Source of the DNA: Tubiluchus corallicola
Taxonomy: Eukaryota; Animalia; Priapulida
NCBI GenBank assembly: GCA_030141605.1
Contig: JAQGDQ010000436.1
Span: 62,001-126,000, forward strand
Direction of reading: 5' to 3'
Length of the DNA stretch: 64,000 nt
Shown: in pieces, positions 14,401-28,100 of the stretch
How positions within the stretch are numbered: position 1 is the first letter of the stretch
Layout of the letters: each line of letters begins with the position of its first letter
The notes under the pieces: generated by a model
What the model saw: only the letters and a program-made list of their open reading frames with translations
The model's database searches: none
Told to the model about the DNA's origin: nothing
Position numbers and translations under genes: made by a program

Positions 14401-16452
14401 AAGTTCACGTCGTGTTCCACCTCGTCTGCGATTCATCTGTCCTTTCCGGCGACATAACGTCTCGTAATCCCGTCATCTTGGGATTGAGAAACATCTTGAA
14501 GATGGCGAGTAGATATGACATAACTACGATAACATTGCCACTGCTGCTCACACACGAAATGACTGAGGTTGGCTATTCAGGAATTCATTTATTTACTGTC
14601 TGTTGTACTCAGTGTACAGTATAAAACCAGGGCTGTGAAACTAGGGCTAAATTCACTAAGGCATATCAAATCACACATTCATACGATATTAAATTACATA
14701 CTCAGTTTGTCTTCATTAGACTGTTATAACGAGCCTTTAGTCAGTATTTTGTTCGTTTAGTGTGCAAATGATTTTAGGCAAATGTAGTTTACTAATTAGT
14801 TTCCCTATTTTAAGTGGTATTGGTTAGGGTTGTACTATATCAAACCGGGAAATCGTTAAACCTAACTCCAATCCAATCTAAGCTTAGCTCTAATGTTTAA
14901 AAACCGTAATAAGGGCACGAAATTAAAAAGACTAATGAGGGGCTTCATTATTTCTGCTAAAACTTAGCGTAATGCAAGAAATTTACATTAAAGAAAATAA
15001 TTATTAGTTAGTTATAAATTTTTTTATTAACCCCTGCAATTCTTGCCTTTAGGAATTTTTCCATTTTAAGAAATTTCTATTCAAGGTCATTAGAAAAATC
15101 AAAGGTTCTGCCAGTTTGAAATTGCTGACATTTTTTATGAATTTGCAGGAAATGACGATGCCGTGGTGTTTGAAACGAGCTGAACTGGTTTTTAAGTGCA
15201 TCAAAGGATTCATGATCGAATCTTTGTCTTGGGGTGGAACGGAAGCTAACACACTGCAATTTCTTGTGCCGCAGGTTTGTATAAAAATTTAGAATTTCTC
15301 GAATATTGTGTCCAAACTTATTAGTGCAGGTAATATTACTTCTGCTCATGTGGTTGCTTGCTGCCCTTGGCCGATCTTAGGAGTTTTTTTACAGCACACT
15401 CAATTTCCTTTAACTTCACTTCACTTTAGCTCCATTCTAAATAGTTGAAATTTAATCAATTTATATTGATTAGCTCCAGTCTAACATGTAACAACTTGAC
15501 CTGTTTATGTGAAGCCTGAGAATCTCAAACTGTATGAACAATGATAACAAAAGTTGCTTAACATTCATGTGATGGTTAACCAGTTAAATGCTACTTTAAA
15601 CTAAAGGCAATGCACCATTTTGTGTATCACTACAGTGTAGCTATGGTCTTAGCCTTTCCAAGTTTCCTGACCCGAAGGTGGACACCGAACAGCTAGAGCT
15701 GTTCTCGCCATGCTTGCGTATAAACAGCAAGCACTGCTAAGGCTAAAATATGCCAATTCGTTACTAAGCACGTGACCACTCCAGCCTTGACGTCATCAGT
15801 GAATGGTAGCCCAATCGCTGATTTGCGTGTGTAAAGCAATTGGCGTATGCAAAATTGAGCAATTATTTACTAATTAATTTTTGCAAAAGCAACTAGATTA
15901 TCATTTCAACACATGTTCCTAAAACGTTTACTAAAAATTATTGGTGAGGCGGGGCTTTTACTTTAAAAATCCAGAGAAGCATATACAGTTGTCCTGAATC
16001 TTTTTTTTGTAAAAATTTAGAATGCATTGCTGGGGCAGATCCATTCATACATTAGAATGAAAGAAACCCCAACAATGTATGGGACAGAATGGCAGATCAT
16101 TTAACAGGTGTGATCCATTTTACAGATAGATACCATATAATAAAATGAAAAATAGCTTGTGTCATGATCTGTAGTAGCTTGATGCAGAATTCAGTCTCTT
16201 ATGATGGAAACTGTGGTCTGTGATAGCTTTCAAACACAACACCACCACTAACAACGACAACAACAACGGCATGACTAAGCTGAAGAGATCCTGCAATTTG
16301 TGCTGTATCCAAAAATTTATCAGTGATTTGCGATTGATAAAATGCCGTTCTTATTCTAGGGTGTGTCCGAAGAAGCATTCACATCGTTCAGTGAAATGTT
16401 GACGCAGATATTTCGCATTTCTAATCCTCTTGTGATCAAAACCTCCTCATAA
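5493..16452 (+). CDS. FERRY3: FERRY complex subunit 3 (C12orf4 homolog), 11 exons, about 567 aa
   Basis: Exons 5493-5709, 5953-6092, 7407-7588, 8884-8983, 9412-9533, 10878-10972, 11838-11917, 12357-12483, 14146-14567, 15149-15274, 16360-16452, all phase-compatible. C12orf4 motifs [76 protein letters not shown]. The start could instead be the ATG at 5541. Confidence 0.92.
10275..10719 (-). mobile_element. Penelope-like retroelement 3' remnant with a hammerhead-like core
   Basis: Minus strand translates, with disruptions, to [33 protein letters not shown]...[16 protein letters not shown], typical of the Penelope GIY-YIG C-terminus; CTGATGA...GAAAC at 10312-10283. Confidence 0.7.
13382..13602. 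mobile_element. MITE of about 220 bp in a FERRY3 intron
   Basis: TIRs CA(T/C)AGAGGGACTTGCT match 15/16 at 13382-13397 and 13587-13602. Confidence 0.6.
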
Positions 16453-19110
16453 TTCTTCAAGCCGCTATACAGGAAATCTTTTCAACTGCAAGTTTTTCTT
16501 TATGCTGAGCAACATGCTGTTTTGCTTTGCAAGCAAATAAACAAAACGTAGTGTGCGATTATAAAACTTGAATAATAAACTGTATATTCAGTTTTCATTT
16601 GCAGTATCTGTTAGGCCACATTCCATACAAAAATGTAATAGTATCTAATCGCAAGTTATTTCTAATAAGCTGCCAAATTACCTTGCATAATATTCTGAAG
16701 TTTTTATTGTGTAAATAAGAAACAATATTATATGTTGTACGTGTTGAAGTTATTATAATTATGTTCCAACTTTCCAGTTACTTTAACGCGTAATAAAATA
16801 TTGATGTTTTTGTTAAATTCTGTTTGTTTGTTGAACTTGTTTCAAGAATGGGACCTAAGTAGTCAGTCCTGTCACGCAAAAGTCATCGTGGTTGTAGAAA
16901 CAAAAAATTGTTGTTCAGTATGTGAACATTAACTTGTTGAAACGGTTAGACGACAATGTATTTGGTACGGAAGCAGTGCAAACCAATCGAAATGGTGAAA
17001 ATTCAGAAACTTCTTATTCAATGTTGAAAAGTGAAACTTGCTAAGCAGTTAACATTGTCAAAGCTGACAGTGTAACTTTGCTAATTGTTTGTTGAACTTG
17101 GGGTCATAGCTGGACAATGACTAGCAGTTAGTACACGTTTGTCATGCAGACCATACTGGCTTAGCATGCCCCCCAGCAAAGAAAAGTGAGTGAACTTAGA
17201 TCCACTAACTGCTTTATCTACATAGCAGTCGCGCATACCCGCTGGCCCAAAATTTTTGCATGTGATTTATTTTGCAACAGAGATACTAACCTTTGTTTTC
17301 AGGCAGCACTTGAGTAAAGAGGTATGCAATTTACTGGCTATTCTTAAACATTTTTCACACTGTCATGGTCCACATCTTACAGGCAGTTAACATGTCAGTA
17401 TCATAATTGCGCTACAGGCATTTACGAGGTCAGTGATCATTATGGGCATGCTTTCTTTGTAGTCTCTTGTACTAGAACTGGAGATTAAATTATAATTTAA
17501 ACGTCTTCCTCGCTGCTAATAATAAAACTTATGCTTTGCTTACCCCAAGATGACATTATAAGATGATCTTACAGTGACTCTCTCTCTCTTATCTCTCTCA
17601 ACACGCATGCACGCACGCACGCTCTGGCTCTCTCTCTCTACAGTCACGGATAGGATTTATTGTAACTTCTCAACAGTCTACACAGCTAAAAACAAATTCA
17701 AAACTTCATTTGACTGACTTTTATTGTCAAGTTAGCATTCCATACAAAAAGTTATGCTGTATATTCAATCTTCTTTCTAAAGACTTAATTAATGCCCCAT
17801 TGATAGGTTCTGTACAATTTCTCAAATCTCTCGAAGTGATTCATTGTAAGGAGTTAAACATAAATAATGAAGCAACACTGTCACCATGACAACACGACAA
17901 ACAACGTCAACAACAACTAAAATACGAAACATCAGGTCCATTTTTACCGAGCATTCGTACCACCATAAAAATATATCATCTGAGAAATCACCGAGAAAAT
18001 ATTCAACAATAATTGTGCTGGTTTTGTTTCAACATCGCATAATTATACTAAGACAAAAACTAGATAACAGATTTTGCAACAATTGTAACAAATTGATTGT
18101 AAAATGAGGCAAAATACGTACAAAGTTAATATCAATAGTACTTATGATGACCGAAGAGGAGAATTTTATATTTTGTTCGTTTGGCCATGGCCTTCAGCCA
18201 ACATTGTGGCTCCGTCTGCTCGGACTGTTTACCAAACAGAACTAAAATATTCCTTAGTACCTGTCAGCATTGCTATTACGAATCTAGATTCGTTTCTTCA
18301 TACTGACATGCTATGTCAGACTTCAGCATTCAGCTCTGACAAGCCTTTCACAATAATGCTGCCTGCAGAGGGCAGCACAATTGCACATTTGCCGGAATGT
18401 GAAACACTAGGTATTTCGGAAGACAGGCAAAATACGAACAAAGTCAGAAGATCTCAGTCGTTAACTATTGTCTTTACTTTCCGACTTGCACACATCTTTC
18501 ATGCTTGTGCACAACTTTCAAGCTTTTGCCCAGCTTTCAGACGGTTATAACAAAAATCTCATCTTCTGAATCTATTCCAATTTCACGTCTGAATTTGACA
18601 ACTCGTTTTATTATCGTACAAACTTAGTTTGCCCCAAAAATATTCTAAATTACATCACAGTTCATTACTAGAGTTATTTAACTAACTACACAGTGCAGTA
18701 CGCTCTCTCTCTTCGAAGAATATAAAAAACAGAAATACTGGTCTCATTTTAAATTAACAAAGCAGATAAAAAATGATAAGAACAAGCAAATATATATTTT
18801 ATATTAGTTGACACGATAAACAATGATAAATAAAGTTATCGTTTGCTAGCACGGAAAACAATTTCACACACAAAACTTAAATTCTTTTCACCAAAAACGG
18901 TAGATTTCTCTTTAGCATTACAGACATAACTAAATGTCGTTGGATAATCCGAGGTTCAACCCCAATTTTAAAAGATACAAGTCCAGTTTATACAACAGGC
19001 CAGCTTACAAGTTTCCATTTCCAACTAACAAACAAACTGGCTGTATAATCGAAATGAGAAAATAAAATAACAATTTATGAATGAATCTTACACCTAACAA
19101 TTGACTGCTT

Positions 19111-22100
19111 TTATAATTCATCCTTTTTCTTTTCATCATCACCTAGGTCATCGTCGTCGCCAGCATCATCATCGTCGTAATCCGATTCGTCATCCTGCAA
19201 AAATGGTTTTTCATTTGCAATTTTACACAAAATTCTGTGGTTTTCATATAAGCTGTGTGGAAACTACCATGAAAATGATTTCGAAAAACAGATAATTTTT
19301 GCCCTTTCTGTTGATTAGTACTTTCTTGTACGTACGATAAATAAACGAAGAAAACTTTGTACTGCGAATGTAATTTTGTATAACATTTCATACATTACCA
19401 GAACCTAGAATGATGTACAGAAGATAACTATGTCATAGTATGAGTCACCACTCATCACCTTAGTATACATTGCAAAGGTTTTAAATGAATTTTAGAAACA
19501 AAACTAATATCAAAATTCTTATGAGCAATTATTTAAGAGTACTAATTTATATGAGTGAATTAATAAAAAAATCAAAATAAAAAATTGCACAAATCTGATG
19601 ATCATGACTAAAAATCACAAGAATTCATGCAAGGTTGGCTGCTTCATTTCTTCACGAAGAAGTTTGTTTATGAAATTCTCATAATGATAAAAACATTGAA
19701 AATCTGTTGCTGTATACTGCACATAGTCACCCTAAACACCTAGTCACCTAGTGCTTAAGCTGCAGTTGGTGATCACCTTGTTTTCCCTCGTGAAAAGCAG
19801 TGGGAACTTCAAATGCAAGTCGCTGGGCAAGTGATTAACTGTTTAGCTTCCAGAAACAACGAGGTTAACTGCAGTGGACAAGCGGGTGACAGGTTCAAAG
19901 CAAAACCACTAGGTTAACAATATTAACACATACAATACATGTACTATACCTGCTTACAAAGCTGTACCTAACATGATTGGTTTTACGCGCACAAAATCGG
20001 TGTAAAATGACATAAAAGCATGCTTTTATAAACTGACGCAAGGGCTCTTTGGGCACACACAAGTGTCTTAGTTAAGCACATGAAGTGGAAATATTGAGTC
20101 AATTATGCAGAGTTATTTGAGTCTATTACCAACAGTTTTTATGTACATTTGAATAGGAGCGGCCCGTACCAAGCGTTTTTGAGTCAATTAAGAGATTGAG
20201 TTTATTAACCGTGAGCCCAATAAACGGCGCCTAATGTATAATAATTACAAACTAAAATCAGGAAAATAAGTACAATATGCGTCTGACTCGTTGCCACACA
20301 AGTCTTGGGATCCAAAACTGCAATATCAACTCTGACTACACACACTGCTCTCTCAGAATCTGGACACTGCAATAAGTGTGAGTTACTTTTAAAAACACTT
20401 GAGGACATATGCAGAATTGATGATGTTTTCAGTTAATGTCGTGTTACATTTGATGACTGAAAAACACGAGCGTGCACAAAATCGTACTCATTCGCATGAC
20501 TTAATAACGATAAATAACTCCTCTGATATTTTTTGACTCGTCATAATTATCTGTGGCTTTGAAGACACGACATTCAATTTGGAAATCGTGTATGTATGTA
20601 CCCAGAAGTTTTTATTTGCACAGATATACATGTTTGGTTAGTTGTGCATGTCAAAATGTTTGTGCCTTGTCAGTTTATAACTGGATGGTGTAAGATGAAT
20701 GACATCTGTAAGGTACAAAAATGCAGCTGACACTTGCATATAAAAACAGCAAAAACTTGAATCCACTCTACATTATACGGTAGGTAGAATGGTATATCAC
20801 ATGTAGTTAAAAATTATTAACACGCACTAATACAAAAACTGAAATGAAGAACTTTTAGAGAACAAAGAAAATCTTACATCATAATCTTGTACCCCAGCAC
20901 CTTCTTTGCCATCAGAATCAATAAACTTGGAGAAACCTTCTAACGTCCGCTCACCATTGTAGTCAATTATCTAAAAAATTAATAGAACTAGTCAGAATTC
21001 AGATTACCTGGTTGAGTAAAAGAAGAACATGCATAGTTTTTGTTCATAATTATCATTCATAATAATACATATAATTTTCTGTTAGTTATTAACTGTAATT
21101 CATTAACCTAAAATAATTCAAAACCAATAACATCACTAACTAATTCAGGAAATTTTTGCTATGACATTGTGAACCAGCTGACAGACCAGACCAGAGACTC
21201 AAATGGCCTTACTGAAAAAATGTTATTGACAGAACAGTACGAAGTTTAATAAGCACTTTCATAATTTGACACCGACAAACTGAAACATCCGGCACTCAAT
21301 GGCAATGTAATGTAAATAGTTGTAGCACTACGGGAGCATAGCTCACTATTCTAGAAGAATGGGTCACTGAGAATGCACAGTGTCGCTGGCCACATTTGGA
21401 TTGTCGCTAAACCAGGCTTTTGGCTGTATGGCAGACAAAACTGCCGGAAGCACTTCCGGTACCGGTCATCCACAATTCACTACTTTAGCCTTAGTGTTGC
21501 TTAACTTTGGTCACTAAGTACACACAATGATCACTAAGTAAACTTTCTAGAAATTGGATTTTAAGTGCTCACATAGTCTCCAACTGCGAGCTGCTAAATT
21601 GTCCACTGATTAAGATACAATAGAAAAACAAAGCTAGAAATTCGAATACATATATAGATTATAGAATGAGCGACATACAGAAACCTCGAAACTGCTTCCT
21701 ATAAATTTGGAAACATTTTACAGGTAATTATCGAGTTACGACTTCACAACCCCACCACAATTTGATTAATTATACAAAACAAATTACAACTGATATTTCC
21801 TTCTTTTTTTTAGTAAATTAACTTAAAATCGGTATCTGTTTCAGTAATCTCTTGGTAGGGGTACACCACTTCAATATGTGGCCCAACTTGCATCCAATCT
21901 TATGACCCATTCATCTTACGACCAATCAGCCAGAACAGATTGTGGTCGTACGTTGACGGCTACCTGTAATACAGTAAAACATAAAAATGGTAATAACGTG
22001 GACTTACGTCATCACTATTAGCGGGGAAGAACTTTAGCGTGGGAAAGCTGTGAATTTTCACGTCTTCTACTTCATTGGTCGTAGCGTCCATTTTTGCTAT

Positions 22101-25100
22101 GATCAGATCTTCTTTACTGCTGTACTTCTCTGCCAATTCATCCCAAATGGGAGCTAACTGTTTACAGTGACCGCACCACGGCGCATCTAAAAATGTATTT
22201 TAGAAATACGCAAAAAATTTCTAATGATACCAACTTTTACCAACAAAACAACAACTGATGGGTACAGCTAGTCAAAATTATAACTGCCATGAATGACGTC
22301 ACTTTCTCTTAGTGTAGGAGAAAAAAATGAAACCAAAGCTGTAATGTAGTAATTGCCACACTCGGGATTTGAATGACAGGTCAAAATTTCATTTTGACAC
22401 ACAGTTCATACATTAGTACCGCTAGCTGATTAACTTTCTTCTTGAGTTTCTGTTCAGTTTACTGAATTTCAATTAGCAATAATTACCAATGAACCATAAA
22501 ATTAATAATACCGTTGAGAAGCTAATATTACCTTTCATATTCTTCACTAAATCACTGCAAACTTGCAGCATTGTCAGTATAATCAAAACAAAACCATCTC
22601 ATATCCAAATACTTCAATATTTTCAATTGGAAAATCTAAGGTACTCGAGAGCCTTAAAATCAAGAGGTACTTAGTACTTAGTATAAAGAGGTCTGATGCT
22701 AAAGAGACATTTTACATACTTACAAAATTCTACAAAGACGTTTTTCGACTTATCATAAGCCACATCTGGAAAGTTTTTGGCAACTAGAATCTTCACTGGG
22801 TTCTTGTCCCAGTCCTCGGGAATTTCTTCAGTCATCAAATGAGGCTAAAAGAAAGATAACAGAGTCATGAAATTAATGCATCATTCTTTGTTAACATTCC
22901 ATACTGTCACATTGATACTATATTGATACACTGGATCATTTACAATGGCAACGAAACATAAACATGGTTCTTGCCAGGTGAATCGAACGCGATACTGAGT
23001 CGAGCACTTGTTTTACTCAAAGACGTAAATAAGAAACAAACAAGTAGATATATTATCGCAAAATCTAAGCATCGCTCATTAAATCATTTTGCAATCATTT
23101 TCCTCACAGTTAAATTTCTGTACAAGAGTTGCCAAGTTCTGTTAAGAAGCTGTTAAAATTCAAAATCGAATGGCGAGATGTAAAGCCTGTGAAATAATTA
23201 GTAATGGACTATCCTAATCTTATCTGACTGATATTTTTCAACTATTTTTCAAAGTATTTTTCGAGTGTTCTTAAGATTTGCACATTCTGGCATGCGCCCA
23301 AGCAGTCGTGTGATCATCAATTTATAAAATGTGAAGAAAGCTAATCAGGGTTGTGTTTCATATTTCGCAGCGTCTATAACATTTACACGCCTCTAATAGT
23401 TACCAGCTTTAGTTACCCTGCTGCAAAATCATATGCATCCCACTTTCAAATGAACACACGATCAACAATCATCAGGTAATTATGGGAACGATTTCCATGT
23501 AAACATTTGCTAAAAACTCATTTCTTACACCCAACTTACTACTGCAAGCATTTGTCAGCAAAGAAACATGAAGGTATGCAGTCTCAACATAAACTAACTA
23601 CAGCCAAATCACGTTGAAAACACTGGTTCTCGTCTGATCACCGAAGTTAAGCAATGTAGAGCCTGGTTAGTGCTTGGATGGGTTACCGCCTAGGAATACC
23701 AGGTGCTGTAGGCTTGCGGAATGTCCACGCTGTATGTCGACACTAGGCAGAGGAGCTGTACAAGCAGCCAACGGCTAGAGGGCGGAGGAGGTCAAGTGAC
23801 CCAACGGCCATGTGTAGAGGAGTAAACCTTCCAAATCAGGAGTGGAGCCCCGAAGGCAGACCAGTGCAGCATGCTCACTGACTCCGGCAGCTCCTGCAGC
23901 CAACCTGGTGCCAAACGTATCCCTCCGCTTTCCTTTGGACTACACCAGGGAGGAAGAGAGGGGGTTCCTGTTGTCTGGGCAACTCAGGATCTCAATAACC
24001 TTGCCCAGGCGTGCGCCCTGGAGACGTTCAAGGATCGGACTGCTCGGCCACAGTCGACGCTGCAGCTCCATCACTGTGATCAATAACTGACTCTCTTGGC
24101 GCACACTCCATTGTCTTCCGAGACAGAAGGATGCCAACAACAACGACATAAACTATGTGGTTTTAATAATCTTACCATGGTGCTAATTGTAAAAATGACA
24201 CGACAAGACAAAATTTATCAATATAAACTACGTTTTTGTTACAGTGTAGTGATGTGTTACTTAACAAGAGTACGAATGTTAGAAGGCTCATCAGCTAAAC
24301 ACGTATCATTTTAATATTGCTCTAACAAGATAGACAGTTTGTGCTGTAAGTTTTATTCATACCAATCAGGTAAGTATCTTATAATACACTCCTTCAGGTG
24401 GAATACAATGAAGAGAGCAAAATGTAAGGGAAATTGAGCAATTCTTTGACTAACTATATGGGTAATACTTGTCTATGCAAGTTCATTTAGTGACATTTTC
24501 TCCTCTCAGTAACGGATGCTATAGGGAAAAAACTATTTACCTTTAATTTGCCGTCCAGGAAACTTTGTACAAAATTGCGAATGCTTTCTGCAGTGATTTC
24601 TTCAACTGGTGGCTTGTATTTTGTCATGTCTTCTGCCAATACTATCAACCTGACTGTAGGCAAGTCAGCCTCTTTAAGGCCGAAGAAATCTGAAATTCTT
24701 TCATTGTCTTCGTTATCGGTGTCAATGTGAATGAACAATACCTAGAAGAAGAAGAAAGAAATCAGAAAAAAATAATGTTGTTGAAAACTGTATCCCAAAC
24801 AGTAAACAAGATAAACAATGCCGACTTATACTAGCTGCTAGAAAGAGTCACCTGTCGAAAAGCAATTAACATATGCAATGTTCGAGGATGCAGAGATCTA
24901 CTACGAGGTTTACATTACAGAGTAAGATTTGTTTGTACGAGAAAGAACACCAAATTTGAAACACCGAAGCCAGAGACAAGTTAAAAGCAAGCATAATCAA
25001 ACAGAAGCCATGCGCTACACCTCAAAATATCAATGCTCCACTTTACTGATGGAATGACAAAATGACAATTTACTCCTGATGCAGTGACGCAAGTGGGAAC

Positions 25101-28100
25101 TTCACAGTTTAATAATTATAGACACTCATTTTTTCACAATGCAGGACTAAAATCAAAAATGCTAAAAAGTCTAATATCTGGTCTGATTTATAAGGATCAG
25201 TTCTTTCTCATATCAAGGGTAAATCAGAGAAAAACGTCACGGGAAAGTTTTGTTAAAATACAAAATGACTGTTATGAAATGAATCATATTTCTACTCACC
25301 TTTCCTTTGTAAGAAACAGCTGGTTCTCTGAAGTTGCTGTAAATACCCTCGAAGTCATCCTGACCTTTCCCAGCGAATAGGAGAATGTGCGTTTTCACGT
25401 CACCACCAAATATTTTTGAGGCCGTCTAAATGAAAACAAAAGTTAGCAAAAAGACAGAACAGACCCGATAACAGAAGCGAGTCTATGATGATTAATTAAT
25501 TTTCAGAATATCAACCGCGGCATAGAAAGAAATGACAGTGACAACATTCTTTGTAAGCTAGCCGAGTTAGATATAGTTGAGCTGGAAGAACTGGCCTAAG
25601 AAACTAGAAGGCAAGGAGTGAGTTAATGTTTTCAAAAGTTCCACTAGTTCGAATGTATACTATTGTTCAAGTAATCCATACAAAAAACTCAGAAAAGATA
25701 AAAAAAACAAATACTTTGAATATAATTTAACATTTTTAATAATATGCACGCAAGTAAAATAAAAAAATTAAATAAATAAATAAAAAGGATAATCTGTCTA
25801 AGTTTGTGAACATTTAGATAAGCTAATATAGGTACATAATATAATAATATAAGCTAATAAACTAATATACATATTTTAAGTTTGGTAAATGAACACGAGC
25901 AACTTATTACAGTTAAACCTAGTTTACACGCAAGTTGCAGCTTTTTTCCAGTGGTTATCACTATATTACTGTGTTGCATTTGGGGACACCTACACCATCG
26001 CAAATAGATTAGCCTTTCAATGCGAGTATTGAAATTTGTATCTGTTATCTATTCTGTGATGAAATGTCTATAATGTGTCTAGACATACTGACTAGATTAT
26101 GACAATAATATTAGTGTGTGACGGAAGTTTAACTGAGATAAATAAAATATGTTAACGCATTTAATTTCAGAGCATTGTCACAAACATAGATCATAGTCAA
26201 CAATATACGAAGTTGTAAAGAAATAATACTCACCTCTTGTGAAAATTCTGTAACAAGGGGCAATGCCTCGGCGCGAACGAAAGCAGCAATTGCTTCAGGG
26301 GTCTGCTCACCATCAAACTTGACTTTGCCTTCATCAAACTAGTATAAGCCATAAATAAAATACTTTAGTCACAGGTCAACTACGTTGAGTGAACTGAGTT
26401 GATCACGAGAAAAGTGCACATGCAGCTTGGTTGCACAAGTTTGCACAATGCAATGTACGAAGATACAATTTAGCACACACCCATGTGCGCTGTACAAATT
26501 AAAGTGCATTGTTCTTTAGTTATGTTATCTAAAGAAATTATTGTTTGCTAAAACTCGTTTTCTTTTATATAACTCTTTAGATAAGAAAAACTCTGGCTAA
26601 AGCTGCAATTATATTGGTCAAAAATATTTGCACCAAAATGAAGCAAATATTCTCACACAGAAGCAGAACCAATTATACAGTCTTTAAACAAATGCAACAT
26701 TAGCTCAAACATATATATATAACCACTTACTATAGAATACAAGTGAAGTCATGCTGGACTACAGACAATCTAGACTTTAAGGTACAAACAACACTTTCAG
26801 TTCCATACCACACTTGATTTAACAAGTAAATAAAAGTGTATACATTAAATTTACCTTTTTAAATAAAATTATGTCACCATCTTTTGCTTCATACTCGCCA
26901 AACACTCCACCATCCGATGTGATACCAAACAGCATGTCATCAAATCCTTCAGCTACTTCTAAATATCGCTAAACATAAGAGAAACTCGTAAGAATTGTAC
27001 CAATCCCTGTATACGACGTTAACAATAACAGCAAGCAATAGAAGTTGCAAGCATTAATGAATGAGCTGTTATAGATAAAAGTTGCCTCGAAAACAAAAAA
27101 TAAGTACAGTGTTCCCTCGCTACACCCGCGATAAGTGAGGGAACACTGTACATAAACGCAAAGAAATGACAGAAAAGTAGCATCTGAAATTTCCGCACGT
27201 ACTTGGTTTACCCCCAAGTATACACTCTAAAGGAGAAAGTTGAAACTCTCCATTACTCTGACTGTAGTTCCCCAGTGCACATGCCTACCAGATTAAATCG
27301 GTATCTATTCACTCACTAGTAAGCCTTAACACTTTTTATGAAGCGTGTGCAACAAGAACAACAACAACAATGTAAGCAAGCACTTGGCCAATGTTCATAC
27401 AACCAGTGCAAAATCTTAGGAAAACAAATAAAGTATTCAAGAAACTTCTGCAGAATAAAATATTCAAGAAATTTCTGCAGAGAAAGCAAGTTTTTCAAGT
27501 ACCTTTGCAGACTCCGAATCCGTGTCTTTAAAGAACCCAATAACTGCAACTTGGTTGTCATCAACAAAGGATGCGGCAGCAGCTTTATCATCAAGTGTTT
27601 GTGCAGGTGGTCCAGTTTTCTTCAACAACCAGGCTACGATACCGGCCGCATCTCGTCCACCTGTAGGATGAGGTACACCATAGTTAGTACATACAATTTG
27701 GACGTAAATCGTTATGAACGGTGAACTTCGTTAGCAGATGATTTAGTGACTGTACTCGAGTTATAGAAACAGATAAGATCTCAATCAATTGAATTAAAAC
27801 TGACCACAGATAAGATCTCAATCAATTGAGTTAAAACTGACCACAGCTAACAAACTGACTCTGTAAGCAAAACTGTTAAATTATTTATCTGGTATGTTAA
27901 TGCCAAAGACACACTTCACTTCTAAAGATAAGAAAAATACACTAAAATCAAGATTCTTGCCTGTATAGTCAGAAAACTGTCCATTTTTGAAAAATTTCAG
28001 TGTGGGATAACCCCGAACTTCAAATTTTTCTGCAAGCGTGGTCTCCTGAGTTGCATCAACTTTGGCTAATCTGCAAGAAAAACACCCAATTAATGACAAA

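Noticed and set aside
18104-18550. 148-aa ORF between FERRY3 and PDI
   Set aside because: No recognisable motif; lies antisense in the probable PDI 3' UTR.
23596-23715. Functional 5S rRNA gene
   Set aside because: No oligo-T terminator, altered 5' end and CpG-type changes; lies within TSD-flanked SINE.
23842-24149. Overlapping 69-82 aa ORFs
   Set aside because: Chance ORFs in the GC-rich SINE body.
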